From: Trichoplax sp. H2
Lineage: Eukaryota
Direction: 5' to 3'
NCBI GenBank assembly: GCA_003344405.1
Contig: NOWV01000015.1
Location: 248,001 to 312,000, forward strand
DNA length: 64,000 nucleotides
The notes beneath the pieces were generated by a model. That model did not search any database. It saw only the letters and a program-made list of their open reading frames with translations, and had not been told where the DNA came from. A program made the translations under genes and the position numbers. Within the stretch, counting starts at the first letter, position 1; each line of letters starts with the position of its first letter. This document shows, one piece after another, positions 13,980 through 25,931 of this stretch.

Positions 13980-16900
13980 TTACATTTTAATGTAAATAAG
14001 TTCCATTTTTTGATGAAGAATTTTAACCTTTGAATAGCTACAATCCGGATAGCTTACTAGGATATTGAGTGCTTTATGGTACGCAGATAATGCCCCAGTA
14101 TAGTTTTGTTGATTGAAATAAACGTCACCAATGCCATTATAGGAGTTAGCAACAATAAAATGATTACTTCCTAATATTTTCAATCGAATATCCAGCGATT
14201 TTTGAAGGTAGAATAAAGCATCAGCATGTTTTCTTGTCTCTTGTAAGCATTCCCAATTGCTTGATAAGCTACTGCAACTCTGATATCCCTTTTATTCAAC
14301 AGACTTTGTCTGATATCCAACGATTTTGGATAGAAACTCATGGCATGATTCAATTCATCTTGTTTGAAATAGATATGACCAATTGCAAGATAGCAATTAG
14401 CAATGTCCAGATTTTCTTCATCTAATAAATTCAGTCTAATTCTCAACGATTTTTTATACATAGCTAAAGCATCGTGATAGTTTTCTTGCTTAAGATAATC
14501 ATTAACAAATGCGCAATATGCATAAGAAACCTGTAATGTATCTTCTCCAAGCAATAATATTTGAATCTTTAAAGGTTTCTGATGCATAACTATCGAATCA
14601 GCATACCTCTCTTGCCTCAAGTAGACATTAGCTATGCGATAGTATATCCAAGCAACAAGAAGGTTATTATTTCCTAACAACTCTAACCGACATGTAAGAC
14701 AGTTTTGGTACGTTTGAATTGCTTGTTCGTGCATATACACTAGAGTGTAGATATCTCCAACGTAATAATAAGAATTTACAAAATCTGCATGACTACTACC
14801 TAAGACTTGTAAACGAATTTCTAATGATAGATTAAAATTAGCCAGTGCTTCGAAGTATTGATACTGTTTTTCGTAAGTTTTGGCTAAGCAATGACATAAA
14901 TCACTTATAAGTAAGTCGTTTTCACCTATAATATTCATAACAATACAGAGCGATTCTTGATACATGGCTAAAGCATCACTATAGCGTGCTTGCATATAAT
15001 AAACATCACCAATCGCGTAGTATATAGGGCAGGTATAAACGTTATTCGTAGCATAAATTTTTAATCGAGTAGTCAGTAATGTTTGATAAATACTTAGAGC
15101 TTCAGCATGCTGAAGTTGCGAAAAAAGGGCATCGCCCATGGAATGATGTGAATCAACTACAGGCAAGCTCGTATTTCCAAATAATTCGAGAGTTATTTTT
15201 AAAGATTTTGGGAAATAATTTAAGGCATCATCGCATTTACCCTGAGAGTAATAGACATTACCTATGCCTGAATATGCATTTGCAACGTAACTATTACTAC
15301 TACCTAGGATTGATGTTATCATATTTAAGGACTTATTAAACATGATAAAAGCATCGTAATATTTATCGCGTTTTAAATAAATGTTGCCCATGGCAAAATA
15401 AATCTCCGATACAGCTATATTAATATGGCCCAAAACTTCAATCCAAATTGTTAGACTTTCTCGCAAAATGGACATTGCTTTTTGGTAATATTTTAGATGA
15501 CAATAAACTTGACCCATTCCTGTTTAAGAATAAGCTATTTCAATATTTACTTGCCTAGAATTTTTTGCTTTATATCTAGCGATTTTTGATGCCATTGAAG
15601 AGCATTGTCGTAGTTCCTTGCTCGCAAAAGATCTTACCCATATAGCAACATACAAACTATTATTACCTAACAACTTAGAGCTAATTTTAAGGCATTTTTG
15701 ATACATTTGCATTGCTTCATCATTTCTTCTTTGCTCGCCATAGATGTCTCCAATGCCAAAATAGGCCAATACTGCTCGTAAACTACCATCATCCATGCCT
15801 GCTATTTTTCGACAGATATCCGAAGATATCTCGAATATGGTTAAAGCATCCATGTACTTATTTTGCTTCAAGTAAATTTCACCCATTCCAATATAGCAAT
15901 CAATAACAACCAAATTATCATTAGCGGAAATATTAATAATAACAATATCCAAAGATTTTTTTATACATATACAGTGCATCATTGTATTTCTCTTGCCTAC
16001 AGTAGATGAAGCCAATTAGTAAGAGTAAATTAGCCGCCTTCAAATTCTTGCTTCCTAATATTTCCGATCTAATTTTTAGGCACTTTTTAAATATCACTGA
16101 GGCATCTTTATATTTACACTGTAAAGTATAGACCTTGCCTATAGCAAGATAGGAAGACACCATGAGTAAATAAGTATATCCTAATATTTCTAGTTTTCGA
16201 TGTAATGATAACGTCTCTTCGTATTCTTCCTCATAGCGATAGGCATCGCCAATGCCTAAATAAGAGCATGGATCATAAAATTCTTTAAATCCTAATATAT
16301 CGAGTCTCAAGTTCAAATATTTTGGGTATATTATAGGATCTTCATCGTATTTATCTTGTGAAAAATAAACATCATCAATGCTATGATGTTCATTTGCTGC
16401 AGCTAGGTTATTTTGTCTTAAAATATCCAGTCTAATATAGAGAGATTTCTGGTACATGGTTAATGCATGTTGAAATTGATTTTGTGCAAAGCAAAGATGT
16501 CCTATGGCACTATAGGTATAGGCCATGTCTAAGTGACTATCACCGAGTGCTTTAATTTTTAGAGGTAGTGATTTACCGCAATAATTTAATGCTTCCGTAA
16601 ACATAAGTTGGCCCCTTTTGATCTTGCCTAGACAAAGCATTTAGCGATTCTAACTTAATCATTAAGAGCTACGGCTATCATTTGTGCTTGGGAAATATAT
16701 TCCTTAGCCTGCTCAAATTGACATAATGCACAATATGTTCTAAACATATCCGCAAAAATATCAATACGAAGCTACTTATAACCTTCGATGTCATCTTTCA
16801 TGGTCTTCAATTTTCTAGAGCCATTCCATATTGAAATTTTGTAATTTTAATTTCTTCTAAAGTGAAATGGCGATGGCCAGTTTTCCGAATAGTTTTTAGT

Positions 16901-17012
16901 TCCTGGATTATAAGATTTTCTATTGAATCTTGAAACGAAGTTTTAATATCTTTAACATGTTGAATCTCTTGCTTTCGATTGTAGTCGAGTCGATTTTAAT
17001 GTTATCATCCAT
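13980..17012 (-). pseudogene. Frameshifted 42-aa TPR gene paralog (~1000 codons)
   Basis: Consecutive TPR ORFs in shifting frames (15933-16640, 15524-16015, 14180-15517, 13980-14183). Upstream ~16640-16960 reads as the family N-terminal module (QELKTIRKTGHRHF...LRIDIFADMFRTY...AQMIAVALND*VRIAKC) with stops. Candidate ATG at 17012. Confidence 0.85.
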
Positions 17013-17136
17013 CGTTGATGTTGAAAAAAATTATGTTAAAAAATATTGTCAATATTTCCAATTAAATAACGAATATTTTTTTCATTAAGCCGTTTATAAT
17101 GTATTGTACCTTTAACTAAATATTAATGTTTCCATT

Positions 17137-17156
17137 TATATATATATATATATATA
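17137..17156. repeat. (TA)n microsatellite
   Basis: About 10 TA units read directly. Confidence 0.8.
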
Positions 17157-19610
17157 ATAAGTTGTATAGGATACATGGTACAAGCAAGTAATTAGTACCG
17201 CAACATTCTGAAATTTTACTCACCAAAAAATTATTAATTTTACTTGTTTCACTTATATTCTGGACTCAATCTCAATTCTCGTAGGTGCATTATTGACCCC
17301 TTAAGATTCTTCCCATATTTTAACAATGACCGACTATAATTCCATTTATGTTGATCAAAGGTTAGGTATTGTAATGTTTAACATGGATTAAAATATATTA
17401 TTGGGCCCTGGCTCATGATGAAACAGTGAAATATCCAAGATTGTTAATTTCTGAACCTAACGTAGTAGCAGTGAGGCTATTGCAGGGATCTATATATAGT
17501 AAAATTATAATAATACCTTCGCTAGGTCACTAGCTGAATCAAAATTTGATAGAAACTGGAACGATCTATTTTCTGTATAATATTGTACTTTATTCAGAGG
17601 ATGCATTAGTAGAATTGTTGAATATGCATACATTACAAACTTCGATCACATTGATCAATAGAAATTTGCTGTATTATTTTTAAATATGTTCACAAGCATG
17701 CATTTATCATCTCTAGCAGCTACTAAGCAATTTAATGGGTCTATGTATAATTTATAATCGAATAGACATAAATTGGAGCAGAATCAATAAAGACCATAAA
17801 CATTGTTGCTTGTACTTCCTTTAGTTTACTACCATTATTGTTGCTTTCTATATAGTCTATTTTCTTCCAATTTCTATTTGAGTAAAGTAAGTATTATATC
17901 AAATAATTATAGGTTTTATACTATACTAATTTTAACAATTGTGCATCAATGGAAATGTTAATTTGGACAATTTATCGCTGAAGTGAATCTGTAGAGTAGA
18001 AGTATGTTGCTAGATTGCATTTATAGGCATTATTCGATAAAGTAGCGTTTTATTATCATTCATATTTTATGTTTATAATCTATCCTGCTATTAGCAACCA
18101 GATGTTTCATAAAGGATTAAACTTTAAAGTTTTCTTTATGCCCATTAATCTTAAAATTACCAAAATATATTATTCTTCTTGACCGATTTTTACTTACAAT
18201 TAGATAGTACCTGTTATGTTCTATTTATTGATTGATCGTATAATTGAGTTTATGTAGTTTTGGTACTATTTTCATCTTTGCATTGCTATTAATACTTAAT
18301 TTAACACGCTTTTATGCACTCCTCTATCTGAAAATTATCAAAGCTATTATCTTCTAGGTATAATCATTCTATATCACTTTCAATCTTCAAAGTACTGAAT
18401 AAGAAAACTCAAAAAGAGATAATTAGTTCAAACTCATACAGTAAGGCAACGTGCTTCTTTTAGCCATTGCAATCATTGACGATGATGTGAGCGCTTACTC
18501 AATTACAATACAGCAGACAATTTGGATGTTTGTCTCGAATTAAAATTATGACCTAAATAAATCAATTCTTTATGAAGAAATAGTTTATTAAGAAAGTATA
18601 CATCGCATTACCTTTATCAAAGAACTCTTTACACTGATATAGGCTCTCTTAATAAATTTTAAGTAGTTTGGATCATAATCTACGCGTGCTATAGATATCC
18701 GTTAAAAATTTTAGCATCTAGAACAGAATTTTACGATGAATAATCAAACTTTTATGTCTTTCGTAGAATTTTTTCCAAGCAGACTTTCTGTAACCCGTTA
18801 TCGATCAGCAGAAATAATAAGCATAAATAAATAATAGATTCCTGTATTTGACAAGAATAATATCATCGTAATCTAGGATAGTTATTCTATGCTTAGTTCA
18901 CATTATACGACTTAAGTTTGCTAATGGTAGCAGCCAAAAGCTATTATAGTCATAATAGCAGTTATATTTCAAAGACTTTAATATCGGTATACGATGATAC
19001 AATACAATCACTTCTTGAATGTATAAATAATTATCTAGTTGCGATCAATGCAACTAGCGTAGTTGATTATGCTTTTTCGGTACAACAGTTACAAATCATT
19101 ATTAAAATTTTTATTAGCTGCCGGCATTCTTTTCATCTAAAAGATACAGGGTCTTTAATAGTATGAAATTTCAATTTATTCAATATTTTATTCCTACACT
19201 TTTATGATTTGTGCAGTACGACTTAAATCGAGTATAACCACTAAGCACTATAAATCAGCACGTTTCTGGATCTCTATTTTACCTATAAATTGATCATATT
19301 TTCTCCTATATATGCATTACAGTAGTGTCTCATGCTTTAAATTGAATGCGTGCAAGATTTACTATCTGATCATTATCTTTAAATAATATAAATAAAATTT
19401 TATAATATATCATATGCTTAACAAGCAGTGTCATTGAGATTATGTTGCTAAAATGTTCTTTACAGTAATGAATTTCCAAGTATTATATAGCAGCCGGAAG
19501 AATTTCCTAATCCGGTTGTGTTATATTTGACTTTAAATATCGGCATATGTGATCCTTTAGTTATGAATTTGTGTAATTTTTCGTGAAATAAGCAATTCTT
19601 CATTAATCTG

Positions 19611-20046
19611 TGTAACAAACCAGCTTCGTAACAAGGTTAACGTAAACCAAATCTCTAAATTACTATAGTCTCCGGGATTCAGTATCCCTACTTACAAGAA
19701 TTTAGACGCCTTTGATTCTACGTTAAACTCAACTAGACAATTGAGAACTGCTTTATTCAACTATCTGACGGGCTTATATACCCATCTACAGCAGCTAACA
19801 TTCACAAGTCATCTTATAAAAATACTTAGGTGAGAACATCTACTAACTAGTTTTTCATAGTCGGACTACAATATGTCCATTCACAGAATCATTTCAGTAC
19901 ACATTACAGCACAGCAATAAATTTACTGTAACACATTTATAATTAGAGTAATTCCTATTGTAAGGAACTAGATGTAATATATTGTCACTATATTATATTA
20001 ACCAAATTTAGATAACTATTTCTTCACGGTAGTTCGTACCGTGACA
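19611..20046 (-). mobile_element. Solo LTR family C, second copy
   Basis: Reverse-complement homolog of 6191-6627 with TGTAAC...GTGACA ends and perfect TSD ATCTG (19606-19610, 20047-20051). Confidence 0.88.
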
Positions 20047-20049
20047 ATC

Positions 20050-20602
20050 TGTTACGGTGTTGCCTTGTCATTAGGATAGTTTACTAAGTACAGTAGTAGC
20101 TAGTATGGAGAATATCCATATTTGTAGTGCTAGGTAAGATAAGTAATGCCTTAACGTGGATGTTGTTTGTAATAGTTCATTACATACTTGATATTGATTG
20201 TTATGGTGTGACAGATAGCAGTAAGATGATTCAAGTTCTAGTTGATGATAGTTGAATTAGACCACCTGCGAGCTTAGCTTAGATTAAGTATGAGTAAGAG
20301 ATTCAAAATATTTACTGATAGAAAAGCTAAGTAAGGAACATCTCACTTCGCGATGTTTTCCTAGTAAGGTATAACAATAAAGCTGTTGTTGTTTACAAAT
20401 TAGACGGTTCCTATATAAATGGGAACATTTGAGTTCAGTGTGGTAAAAAGTTGTAGATGTACAATATCTGTGCTAATAAAATTTTCGTCTTTACAGTCTT
20501 TTGCTGTGTGTGTTTAACGTTAAGAAAAAAGGGCGCTTGAGTCAGTAGCTAGTTATAGACTTTTACTGTACGTTACCTTGTCGCAGAAGTGAAATTGTGA
20601 CA
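20050..20602 (+). mobile_element. Solo LTR family D (~550 bp); element C is inserted at its 5' terminus
   Basis: TGTTAC...TGTGACA termini. TSD TAATC (19604-19608, 20603-20607) is recovered once C is removed. CTATATAAAT at ~20411 and AATAAA at ~20475. Confidence 0.8.
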
Positions 20603-21644
20603 TAATCATTTATAGAGTTGTAGCATACATTAATTGTCCTCAGTTAGACTTTCAGTTAGCATTGGAATTATAAACTCCACTTTTTACTTAAATTATTATT
20701 GGCTAATTAATATCTTTTAAATTGAAGTATCATCTACTTATGGAACGCCTACGAATTCACAATTGTGGCAATGCCATTTGAGATAAAATTGGAGCTACCT
20801 GGTAGACTTTTCACTAATCACGTATATTGCTTACTAACAATAAAACTAAATAGCTGTAATCTACGACAGCCACATAACATTGGTAAATTATAATCAAAGA
20901 CAATATTAGACATTAAGTAACATTAACATCAGCAAATAGTAGGATAAACACTGATCATGATAGTTCTTATAAATATACAGGCCTAGCAAAAAATGTGCAT
21001 TATATTCATAATTACCATCGAGTTATGATTAGTAGTCCTAAAAATTTACGTATGGGGATTCTCTTCCGATACTTATTATAATTAGAATGGATTCATATCA
21101 TAAATTTGTTTTAAATTCCTAGTTATGATACACCGATACAAAATTTTAGCAATTTATCACTTGGGATAGTTTGCATCTGCTGTGACACATTCATACTTGA
21201 AATATCATCGATTATAGAATATAGAATACTTATCGTATACCGACATCTACCAATGATAATGATTCATTTGCCATTTAGCTAGACGCTTGAAATTCTTGAT
21301 TGAACATAATATCTACTTCATTTGAGTTCCAAATTCCATTTAATAAACGACTACAGCGTAGGACAACAAAATTTTTATAAGTAATTACCTTTTTGATGTA
21401 AATTGATTCCAAAGTCAAGGAACATAGCCTCGGTAGTATGATTGAGTTATAAAACTTAGATGCGTAAACCCATTTAATTAAGAGTAGTTTCTTCACTAAT
21501 TGACGAATTTATGGTATCATCACATTCCTTTCCTTCCTCACTTTCTTCTATTGGTCTAATAGAAACTATTTTAGAAATGTAAAATTACAAATCAATTATT
21601 AGTTTTCGAGAGTGTTGATGAAATTTTCAAATTTCAATTGTCTA

Positions 21645-24600
21645 TCAAGTTAAGTTACCTTGATAATCACCGTCATACTTAGTTGAAGTGGGTGCTGTCA
21701 ATTCCTGCATTAGTTTTTTGTCTAGAATAACTTTACCATGGCTAGAAAATGCCAAACGTAATACGCTAGCTTTGACGTATTTGCGCTGTTTTTCAAACGC
21801 TTTACTCAGCTTGTTGTATAAAGCAGTAATTAAAGGATGATTTCTAGCGAAATTTCTCAAGGCAATCTTGAGCGATTTTTGATATAATGTTGAGGCTTCT
21901 TCGTACTTGCATTGTGCAAGATAAACATCAGCAATACCATAATAACTTTCGCAAATCTTAATATTATTTGAACTTAGTTTTGCTTGACGAGTTTTTAGCG
22001 ATTGATTAAACATTGACACAGCATATTCTAATTTATTTTGAGCAAAATAGACTTCTCCAATCCCGTGATAGGAATCAGCAACGTATAAGTGAATATCACC
22101 TAAAATATTTCGGGTCATGGCTTGACATTTTTTATAGAATTTTAATGCGTCGCGGTATCGATTTTGCTGTGAGTAAATGTGAGCAATATGATAATAAGAC
22201 GAGGCAACACGAAGATTTGAATCTCCTAATACCTGTAATCGAATTTCTAAAGACTGATTATATTTATTTAATGCATCGTCGTATAAATTTTGCTGAGCAT
22301 AAACATCTCCAATACCTTCAAATGCATTGGCAACCAATAAATTATTGTCACCTAACAATTTTAAAGGAATATCAATGCATTTTTTATACATTTCTAGAGC
22401 GCTCTCGTACTTTCCTTGTTTACAATAAACCTTTCCAAAATTACGATATATCCGAGAGACGTGGAGACTATCGTAGTCTATAGTGTTAAGAGTGACATTT
22501 AGAGATTTCTGATACGTTAATAGAGCATCGTTTAATAAGTCCTGCTTCCAGTAGATGTTACCTATATCACAATATAAGGAGCCAATTTCTAAATGATTTT
22601 CTCCTGTTATAGCCAGTCGAATATGTAGTGCTTTTTCATAATTGAATAAAGCCTCTTTAAATTGATCTTGCTTGTACAAGACTTTTCCAATGCGATAGTA
22701 GGAATAAGCAGCGTAAGGGTTTTCCTTTCCTAAAATATCTGTTGTTAACTGAAATGATTTCTCGTACATTGCCATAGAATCATTATAGTTTTCCTGTGAG
22801 TAATAAACGTTTCCAATACCATGATAAGAAGATGCAATATGTAGATTATGATCACCGAATAATTTTATTTTAATGTCGTAAGATTTCTGATACATCACTA
22901 AAGCATCTTGATAAAGGTCTTGTTTCATATAAACATTGCCAATACCATGATAGGAGTTAGCACTATTCAGATTATTCATACCCATGATATCTATCGTAAT
23001 ATCTAACGATTTCTGGTACATGGACAGAGCAAGATTGTACTTCGCTTGTGAGCAATAAACGTTACCTATGCTGTGATAAGCCCCTGCGACGTCCATATTA
23101 TGACTTCCTAGTAATTGCATGCAAATATTAAGTGATTTTTCATACATTTCCAGAGCACTACTATATTTACCCTGATGATAATGAATATCACCAATTCCCA
23201 TATATGTACTTGCAACACCTAAATTATGATCACCAGAGATCTCTATAGTGATATCGAGAGATTTGTGATACATGGATAGAGCATCATCAAATTGAAGTTG
23301 AGAGTTATGAATGTGCGCAATATAGTGGTAAGAATCAGCGATATCGCAATGTTTTTCACCAAGTAATCGTTTTCTCATCGATAAAGATTTTTGATACATA
23401 GCTAAAGCTTGCTCATCTTTTCGCTGATAGTAATAGACGTGGCCTAATCCATGATATGAATTGGCAATTTCAATATGATCTGTATGTCCAAGTAGGTGAA
23501 TATGTAAATCCAATGACTGTTGATACATAGGTAATGCATCTTCGTATTTATCTTGCCTCCATAAAACATATCCTATACTATTGTAAACTTGAGCCACTTC
23601 TAAATTTTCCTCACCTAAGTTTACCCTCTTAATATTAAGAGATTGTCGATACATAGATAATGCCTTGGCATATAGAGTTTGAGAATAATAAATATCACCA
23701 ATGCGATGAAAAAGATTGCTAACATCGAGATGATTTTCTCCCAATATATCAAGTTTATAGTTAAGCGCTTTTTGATAATTTTCTAGAGCTGTATCGTATT
23801 CATCTCGCTGCCAGAAAATGTTTGCTATTCCTTGATATAAATTTGCCACCACTATATTATCTGTTTCTAGTAACTTTAATCGTAGATTCAAAGATTTTTC
23901 ATAGACTACCAATGCTTCATCATATCGATCTAGCTTTCGATAAACATCTCCGATCTGATGATATAATGTAGCTATGTCAGCATGAGCATCACCCATTAAC
24001 GCCAATTTCATATCCAGAGCGTCGTGATAATGGGATAAGGCATCGTTATATTTAGATTGTGAATAGAAAATATTGCCCATTTTATGATGTATTTCAGTCG
24101 TAGCAAGATCATTTGATTCTTGTAATTGCAATTTAATTTCTAATGACTTTTGATACATCGGTAGAGCACAATAATTCTGATTTTGGGAATAGTAGACATC
24201 ACCAATGAGGCGATAAAGATGAGCGGTATTAATATTATTGATCCCTAACTTTTCCAGGCTAATATTTAACGATTTCTGAAACATTAAAAGAGCACCATCG
24301 TAGTTATTCCATTTATGATGCAGATTTCCTCCTTTTTGATATAATTTAGCCACTTGTAAATGATTATTACCTAGTGATTCTGTTGCTAGTTGAATCGATT
24401 TCTCATATTTTGCCGAAGCAGTATCAAAATTATTTAATGCATCATAGATATCTGCAATTTCTTGATAAAGATCAGCGATCTCGATACCTTTATCTCCTAA
24501 ATTTCTGATGCTAATTACAAGAGATTTTTCATACATTTCTAAGGCTTTATAATAATTAAATTGTACGTAATAAATAAATCCAATGCAATGGTAAGAATAT

Positions 24601-25931
24601 GCCACATCCAGATCATAGCTTCCGAGAATGGCTATTCGTATATTAAGCGATTTTTTATGCATATCCAAAGCATCAGAATAGAGCTTTTTCTTTTGATAAA
24701 CTTGGCCAATACAACAGCATGAACTTGCAATTAATAGATTTTGGGGTCCTAGCATTTCTAAAGTAATAGCATAGGATTTTTGATAGAATGCTAGTGCATC
24801 ACTAACTTGATTTTGTTTACGATAAATATTTCCTATAGCATGATAGAGCTCAGAAAGGTGCAAGTTATTATCCCCTAATATGCTGATCGTCATATTCAGA
24901 GACTTTTGATACATCGACATTGATTCCTGATAATTTTTCTGTGAATAAAGTATGTTTCCTATACCACGATATGAATTAGCAACATCTAGATTATGATCTC
25001 CTAATAATTTTAATCGAATGCGTAGCGACTTTTCGTACAACTCCATAGCATTATGGTAGCTATCTTGCTTCCAATAGATTGTGCCAATACCATCATAGGA
25101 ACTGGCTACTTCTAAGTTAACATCCCCCAATAGCCGTATTCTGATGTTGATGGCCTTATGATGCATAGAAAAGGCATCTTGAAACTTGCGTTGTGAAGTA
25201 TAAACATCACCGATGCGATGATAAGTACTCGCTATATCTAATTCATTGCCATCTAAAGCTTCTAATCGCAACTTGAGGCATTGCTTATACATGGATAATG
25301 CATCATCATATTTTGATTGCTCCCAGTAGGCACTTCCAATTCCATGGTAGGAATGAGCAATATCTAAATTTTTGTTTTTATAGTGAGATATTTTCGATTT
25401 GAGACTTAACGATTTTTCATACATTGATAATGCAGTATCATATTTAGCTTGCTTTAAAAAAATATTGCCTATACGATGATATGAATGAGCTATTTCTAGA
25501 TCATTTTCTCCTAGTAATACAATTTTAATCTCAAGAGACTTATAGTACTCAGCCAGTGCTTCTTGATATTTATTCTTCATTCTATAAATACGACCTTGGC
25601 AATCACAGCACTTAGCAGTACGAATTTTATCTTTCATTAGCTTGGCAATATCTGCCGCTTGCTGGCAGTAGTGACTAGCATTGCTGTATTGGCGTTGCTC
25701 TGCATAAGTGCGAGATATATCGTTGTAGATATCACACATTAACTGTGGCTTGTTTGAAATTCGATTGCTGATTTTCTGCACAATATCTAATGCTTTTAGA
25801 TAAGCCAGTCGTGCTAAGACATAGTGCCCTCTCTTAAAGTTTTCATGACCAATTTGGCGCAAAAGTTGGATTTGTCGATCCCTTGTCATCGCTGGAGTTG
25901 ATTTAGCAAAATGGCTTAGCCCTGCACCCAT
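21645..25931 (-). CDS. Large intronless 42-aa TPR solenoid protein, 1428 aa, ~30 repeats plus N-terminal module; MGAGLS start
   Basis: Uninterrupted 4.3-kb ORF with repeat consensus LG.N.L.VA.SYH.IG.VY..Q..Y..AL.MYQKSL.I. A possible 5'-UTR intron runs from a GTAAG donor at ~26206 to a TTTAG acceptor at ~25942. Confidence 0.95.
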   Translation of the reverse strand: MGAGLSHFAKSTPAMTRDRQIQLLRQIGHENFKRGHYVLARLAYLKALDIVQKISNRISNKPQLMCDIYNDISRTYAEQRQYSNASHYCQQAADIAKLMKDKIRTAKCCDCQGRIYRMKNKYQEALAEYYKSLEIKIVLLGENDLEIAHSYHRIGNIFLKQAKYDTALSMYEKSLSLKSKISHYKNKNLDIAHSYHGIGSAYWEQSKYDDALSMYKQCLKLRLEALDGNELDIASTYHRIGDVYTSQRKFQDAFSMHHKAINIRIRLLGDVNLEVASSYDGIGTIYWKQDSYHNAMELYEKSLRIRLKLLGDHNLDVANSYRGIGNILYSQKNYQESMSMYQKSLNMTISILGDNNLHLSELYHAIGNIYRKQNQVSDALAFYQKSYAITLEMLGPQNLLIASSCCCIGQVYQKKKLYSDALDMHKKSLNIRIAILGSYDLDVAYSYHCIGFIYYVQFNYYKALEMYEKSLVISIRNLGDKGIEIADLYQEIADIYDALNNFDTASAKYEKSIQLATESLGNNHLQVAKLYQKGGNLHHKWNNYDGALLMFQKSLNISLEKLGINNINTAHLYRLIGDVYYSQNQNYCALPMYQKSLEIKLQLQESNDLATTEIHHKMGNIFYSQSKYNDALSHYHDALDMKLALMGDAHADIATLYHQIGDVYRKLDRYDEALVVYEKSLNLRLKLLETDNIVVANLYQGIANIFWQRDEYDTALENYQKALNYKLDILGENHLDVSNLFHRIGDIYYSQTLYAKALSMYRQSLNIKRVNLGEENLEVAQVYNSIGYVLWRQDKYEDALPMYQQSLDLHIHLLGHTDHIEIANSYHGLGHVYYYQRKDEQALAMYQKSLSMRKRLLGEKHCDIADSYHYIAHIHNSQLQFDDALSMYHKSLDITIEISGDHNLGVASTYMGIGDIHYHQGKYSSALEMYEKSLNICMQLLGSHNMDVAGAYHSIGNVYCSQAKYNLALSMYQKSLDITIDIMGMNNLNSANSYHGIGNVYMKQDLYQDALVMYQKSYDIKIKLFGDHNLHIASSYHGIGNVYYSQENYNDSMAMYEKSFQLTTDILGKENPYAAYSYYRIGKVLYKQDQFKEALFNYEKALHIRLAITGENHLEIGSLYCDIGNIYWKQDLLNDALLTYQKSLNVTLNTIDYDSLHVSRIYRNFGKVYCKQGKYESALEMYKKCIDIPLKLLGDNNLLVANAFEGIGDVYAQQNLYDDALNKYNQSLEIRLQVLGDSNLRVASSYYHIAHIYSQQNRYRDALKFYKKCQAMTRNILGDIHLYVADSYHGIGEVYFAQNKLEYAVSMFNQSLKTRQAKLSSNNIKICESYYGIADVYLAQCKYEEASTLYQKSLKIALRNFARNHPLITALYNKLSKAFEKQRKYVKASVLRLAFSSHGKVILDKKLMQELTAPTSTKYDGDYQGNLT

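Noticed and set aside
17280-18360. Possible highly decayed GPCR (hydrophobic fragments such as TIIVAFYIVYFLPISI)
   Set aside because: AT-rich DNA yields such peptides by chance and no ordered 7TM motifs were recoverable by eye. BLASTX would be needed.
22013-22483. 156-aa plus-strand ORF and similar short overlapping ORFs (10781, 11783, 14234, 15079, 15712, 38215, 52477, 52605, 52711)
   Set aside because: These are shadow or alternate-frame ORFs of TPR or GPCR coding sequence with no recognisable features.
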